64,000 nucleotides of DNA from Spirochaetales bacterium. GTDB taxonomy: Bacteria > Spirochaetota > Spirochaetia > SZUA-6 > RPPD01. Below the pieces are notes generated by a model. It ran no database searches and had not been told where the DNA came from. It worked only from the letters and a program-made list of their open reading frames with translations. This document shows positions 61,453 through 64,000 of this stretch, piece after piece (within the stretch, counting starts at the first letter, position 1; each line of letters begins with the position of its first letter). The DNA lies in assembly GCA_016934415.1 (NCBI GenBank), contig JAFGSW010000101.1, forward strand, positions 204 to 64,203, written 5' to 3'. A program made the position numbers and the translations under genes.

Positions 61453-63969
61453 ATGGCGAAGCGGAAAACCGGGGAGAGATACACCTTCGGCTATTTCATC
61501 CAATTTTCGACCACCCCCGGCGGTTTTCAGGACATGGTATGGCGCAGCATGGTCGGCGCCGCCCGGAAGAAGGACGTCAACATGCTCCTTTTCGCCGGCG
61601 GGTCGGTCGATACGGCGCCGTACAACCGGTTCGAATACAACGTCAACTTCATCTACGACCTCGCCGGTTCGGGAAAGCTCGACGGGCTCGTCGTGAACAA
61701 CGTCGTCGGGGCGTACGTCACCGAGGAGCGGTTCCGCGAGTTCTGCCGCGGCTTCGGCCTGCCGGTCGTGCTCGCCTTCGGCTCGCTGCCGGGGGTGCCC
61801 GGCGTGCGCGTCCCCAACCGGGACGGCATGCGCGACGTCATCCTCCATCTGGCGCGGGCGCACGGGGCGCGACGCATCGCCTTCATCGTCGGCACCGAGG
61901 GGTATCCCGATTCGGTGGAGCGCTTCGACGTGTACCGCGAAACGCTCGCGGAATGCGGGATCGCGTACGACCCCGCCCTCGTGTTCCAGGGCGCGTTCGA
62001 AATCGAGTCCGGGGCGAAGGCGGTGGCTCACTGGCTCGACGAGACGGACACGGCCTTCGACGCGATCGTCTCCTCCAACGACGCCATGGCGATCGGGGCC
62101 GTCGAAGCGCTGCGCGCCCGCGGCAGGGAGGTGCCGTGGGACGCGGCCGTGACCGGCTTCGACGACACGGCCGAGGCGGGCGCCTTCGCGCCCCCGCTCA
62201 CCACCGTCCGGCAGCCGTTCGACGAGGTGCACGCCGCCGCCCTCGAAATGCTGTGCGGCGTCGTCGAGGGCAGGGACGCGCCCGAGTGCGTCTCCGTCCC
62301 CGCTCCCATGGTCGTGCGCCGGTCGTGCGGCTGCGTGTCGTCCCTCGCGGCGGGGACCGCCGGCGGCGCCCGCGCGCAGCGCCGCGCCAAAAGAAGCGGC
62401 CCGGCGCCTTCCCCGGCCGACTCCGCCGGCTCGATCGCCCGGGAGCTCTGCGCGTTCGCGCCGGACGAGGACGAAGAAATCCTGCGCCGCTTCGTCTCGG
62501 GTTTCATCGACGACGCGGAAGCGAGGCGGCCGGGGACGTTCATCCCCGAATTCAGCCGGTTGATTCAAGGGAAAACCGTGACGGGGGACGCGATCGCGCT
62601 CTGGCAAAATATTCTTATGGGTCTGAGGAAGCGGACTCGCCCGCTCTGGAAAAACTCGAAGTTCGCCGCCCGCGCCGAGGACATCGTCCTGCAGGCCAGC
62701 GTTCTGGTGGGGGAGGCGACGACGCTGGAAGCCTCCTATCGGAAATCGCAGAGCGAAAAACAAATGAGGGAGCTGGTCGAGGGCGGGCAGGAGCTCATCA
62801 CCACCTTCGATTTCGAACAGCTCAAGGAGGTCGTCGTGCGGCGCCTCCCCCGGCTCGGCATCCCCGCCTGCCATATCTCCGTGTTCCGGAGCGGCGACGA
62901 TCCCGCGGCCGGCACCGTCGACTACCTTTCCGTGACCGGGGAAGCGCGGACCGCCGTCACCTCCGTCAGTCGATCAGTCAACCACCTCCCGGTCCTGCCG
63001 GGCGGGCTTTTTTTCCCCGCCGGCCGGCGTTTCGCCTACGCGGTCCATCCGCTCTATTTCCGGGAGCACCGCCTCGGCTACGCCCTCTTCGAGCTGGGCC
63101 CGGCCGAGGGGGTGGTCTACAACACCCTCGAGATTCTCATCGCCAGCTCCCTCATGGGGGCGGAGCTCTTCCGGCGCAAGGAGCGGATCGAGGCGGAGCA
63201 GCGGGAGCGGATCGAGAGCCAGCGCAAGTACGCGGCCGAGCTCGAGGCCGCCATCCGCGAGCTCGAGGCGTTCTCCTACACCGTGTCCCACGACCTGCGC
63301 GCGCCCCTGCGCGCCCTGAACGGCTACGCGGCCATTCTGACCGGCGATTTCGGGAAGGACCTGCCGCCGGTCGCGGCGCGCTACCTGGAGACCATCGGCG
63401 AGAACGCGCGGCGCATGGGCAGGCTCGTTGACGGCATCCTGGAATTCTCGCACCTCTCGCGCCGGCCGCTCGCGCGGCAGGCGGTACGCCACGCCGACCT
63501 CGTACGGGAGGCGCTCGACATTCTCCGCCCGGAGCTCGAGGGGCGGAATGCGAAGATCGAAATCGGGCGGCTGCCGGACGGCTCCGGCGACCCGCTCCTC
63601 CTCCGGCAGGTGTGGGTGAACCTCATTGAAAACGCGATCAAGTTCACGCGCGGCCGGGAGGAGGCGCGGATCGGGATCGGCTGCCGGGCGGCGGGCGGGG
63701 AAACGGTTGGCGGAGCCGGCGGCAATGACGGGGACTCTTCGTCCGGCGGCCGCGAGGTGTTTTTCGTCAAGGACAACGGCGTCGGCTTCGACATGCGGTA
63801 CGCGGACAAGCTCTTCGGCGTGTTCCAGCGCCTCCACCGCGTCGACGAGTACGAGGGCACGGGCGTAGGCCTGGCCGTGGTCCAGCGCATCGTCCAGCGC
63901 CACGGCGGTCGGGTCTGGGCCGAGGCCGAGCCCGACAAGGGCGCGGCGTTCTTCTTCACTCTGGGGTAG
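61453..63969 (+). CDS. Sensor histidine kinase with LacI-type sugar-binding domain (paralogue of 14217-16709)
   Basis: Same architecture: LDGLVV, IAFIVGT, SNDAMAIGAVEAL, VTGFDD and TTVRQP, a GAF-like region, H-box SHDLRAPLR, and GTGVGL. Start ATG 61453 is presumed. Confidence 0.85.
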   Translation: MAKRKTGERYTFGYFIQFSTTPGGFQDMVWRSMVGAARKKDVNMLLFAGGSVDTAPYNRFEYNVNFIYDLAGSGKLDGLVVNNVVGAYVTEERFREFCRGFGLPVVLAFGSLPGVPGVRVPNRDGMRDVILHLARAHGARRIAFIVGTEGYPDSVERFDVYRETLAECGIAYDPALVFQGAFEIESGAKAVAHWLDETDTAFDAIVSSNDAMAIGAVEALRARGREVPWDAAVTGFDDTAEAGAFAPPLTTVRQPFDEVHAAALEMLCGVVEGRDAPECVSVPAPMVVRRSCGCVSSLAAGTAGGARAQRRAKRSGPAPSPADSAGSIARELCAFAPDEDEEILRRFVSGFIDDAEARRPGTFIPEFSRLIQGKTVTGDAIALWQNILMGLRKRTRPLWKNSKFAARAEDIVLQASVLVGEATTLEASYRKSQSEKQMRELVEGGQELITTFDFEQLKEVVVRRLPRLGIPACHISVFRSGDDPAAGTVDYLSVTGEARTAVTSVSRSVNHLPVLPGGLFFPAGRRFAYAVHPLYFREHRLGYALFELGPAEGVVYNTLEILIASSLMGAELFRRKERIEAEQRERIESQRKYAAELEAAIRELEAFSYTVSHDLRAPLRALNGYAAILTGDFGKDLPPVAARYLETIGENARRMGRLVDGILEFSHLSRRPLARQAVRHADLVREALDILRPELEGRNAKIEIGRLPDGSGDPLLLRQVWVNLIENAIKFTRGREEARIGIGCRAAGGETVGGAGGNDGDSSSGGREVFFVKDNGVGFDMRYADKLFGVFQRLHRVDEYEGTGVGLAVVQRIVQRHGGRVWAEAEPDKGAAFFFTLG

Positions 63970-64000
63970 GGGCTTGTCCGCGCGGGGAGAAGGGAACCAT

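Noticed and set aside
61174-62874. 566-aa minus-strand ORF, and similar shadow ORFs (61539-63431 +, 62974-63903 -)
   Set aside because: These are alternative frames or the antisense strand of the second histidine kinase, whose own frame carries all kinase motifs.

Overview
GC-rich chromosomal window from a diderm bacterium. The lineage cannot be assigned from sequence alone. Lipoproteins, Shine-Dalgarno sites and ATGA-coupled operons are frequent. I call about 50 protein-coding genes and found no rRNA, tRNA, CRISPR array, transposase or integrase. Most genes are housekeeping or accessory enzymes: GH11 xylanase lipoprotein, tag, cdd, an EF-Ts homologue, GNAT, MBL-fold, SAM-methyltransferase, two NUDIX, HAD, a C1 peptidase, a beta-CASP nuclease and a YtrA-type ABC module. 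Four loci stand out. (1) A minus-strand envelope operon at 43244-29413 encodes a 1729-aa secreted protein of repeated beta-sandwich modules, ATGA-coupled to a 1947-aa thioester (GCTEQ) alpha-2-macroglobulin, followed by PBP1C. A decayed GxxExxY insertion sits in the A2M-pbpC gap. (2) A plus-strand periplasmic redox cluster at 50145-55536 encodes a membrane-anchored beta-propeller with a CGCC motif, a small Tat-exported 4-Cys peptide, a Tat NapG/MauM-like ferredoxin, a NapH/MauN-like membrane polyferredoxin and a PQQ-like beta-propeller. No recognisable catalytic oxidoreductase is present. (3) An excisionase-type HTH gene is tightly linked to the EF-Ts homologue. (4) Two orphan histidine kinases carry LacI-type sugar-binding sensor domains. 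The intergenic DNA carries several dispersed repeat families. These are a 17-mer that brackets transcription units, a GCTGTTGAAAAACCG hairpin family, a 34-bp perfect palindrome, and roughly 150-210-bp palindromic MITE-like elements that fill intercistronic gaps. All functional calls rest on motifs I recognised by eye in the supplied translations. No database search or numerical computation was run.
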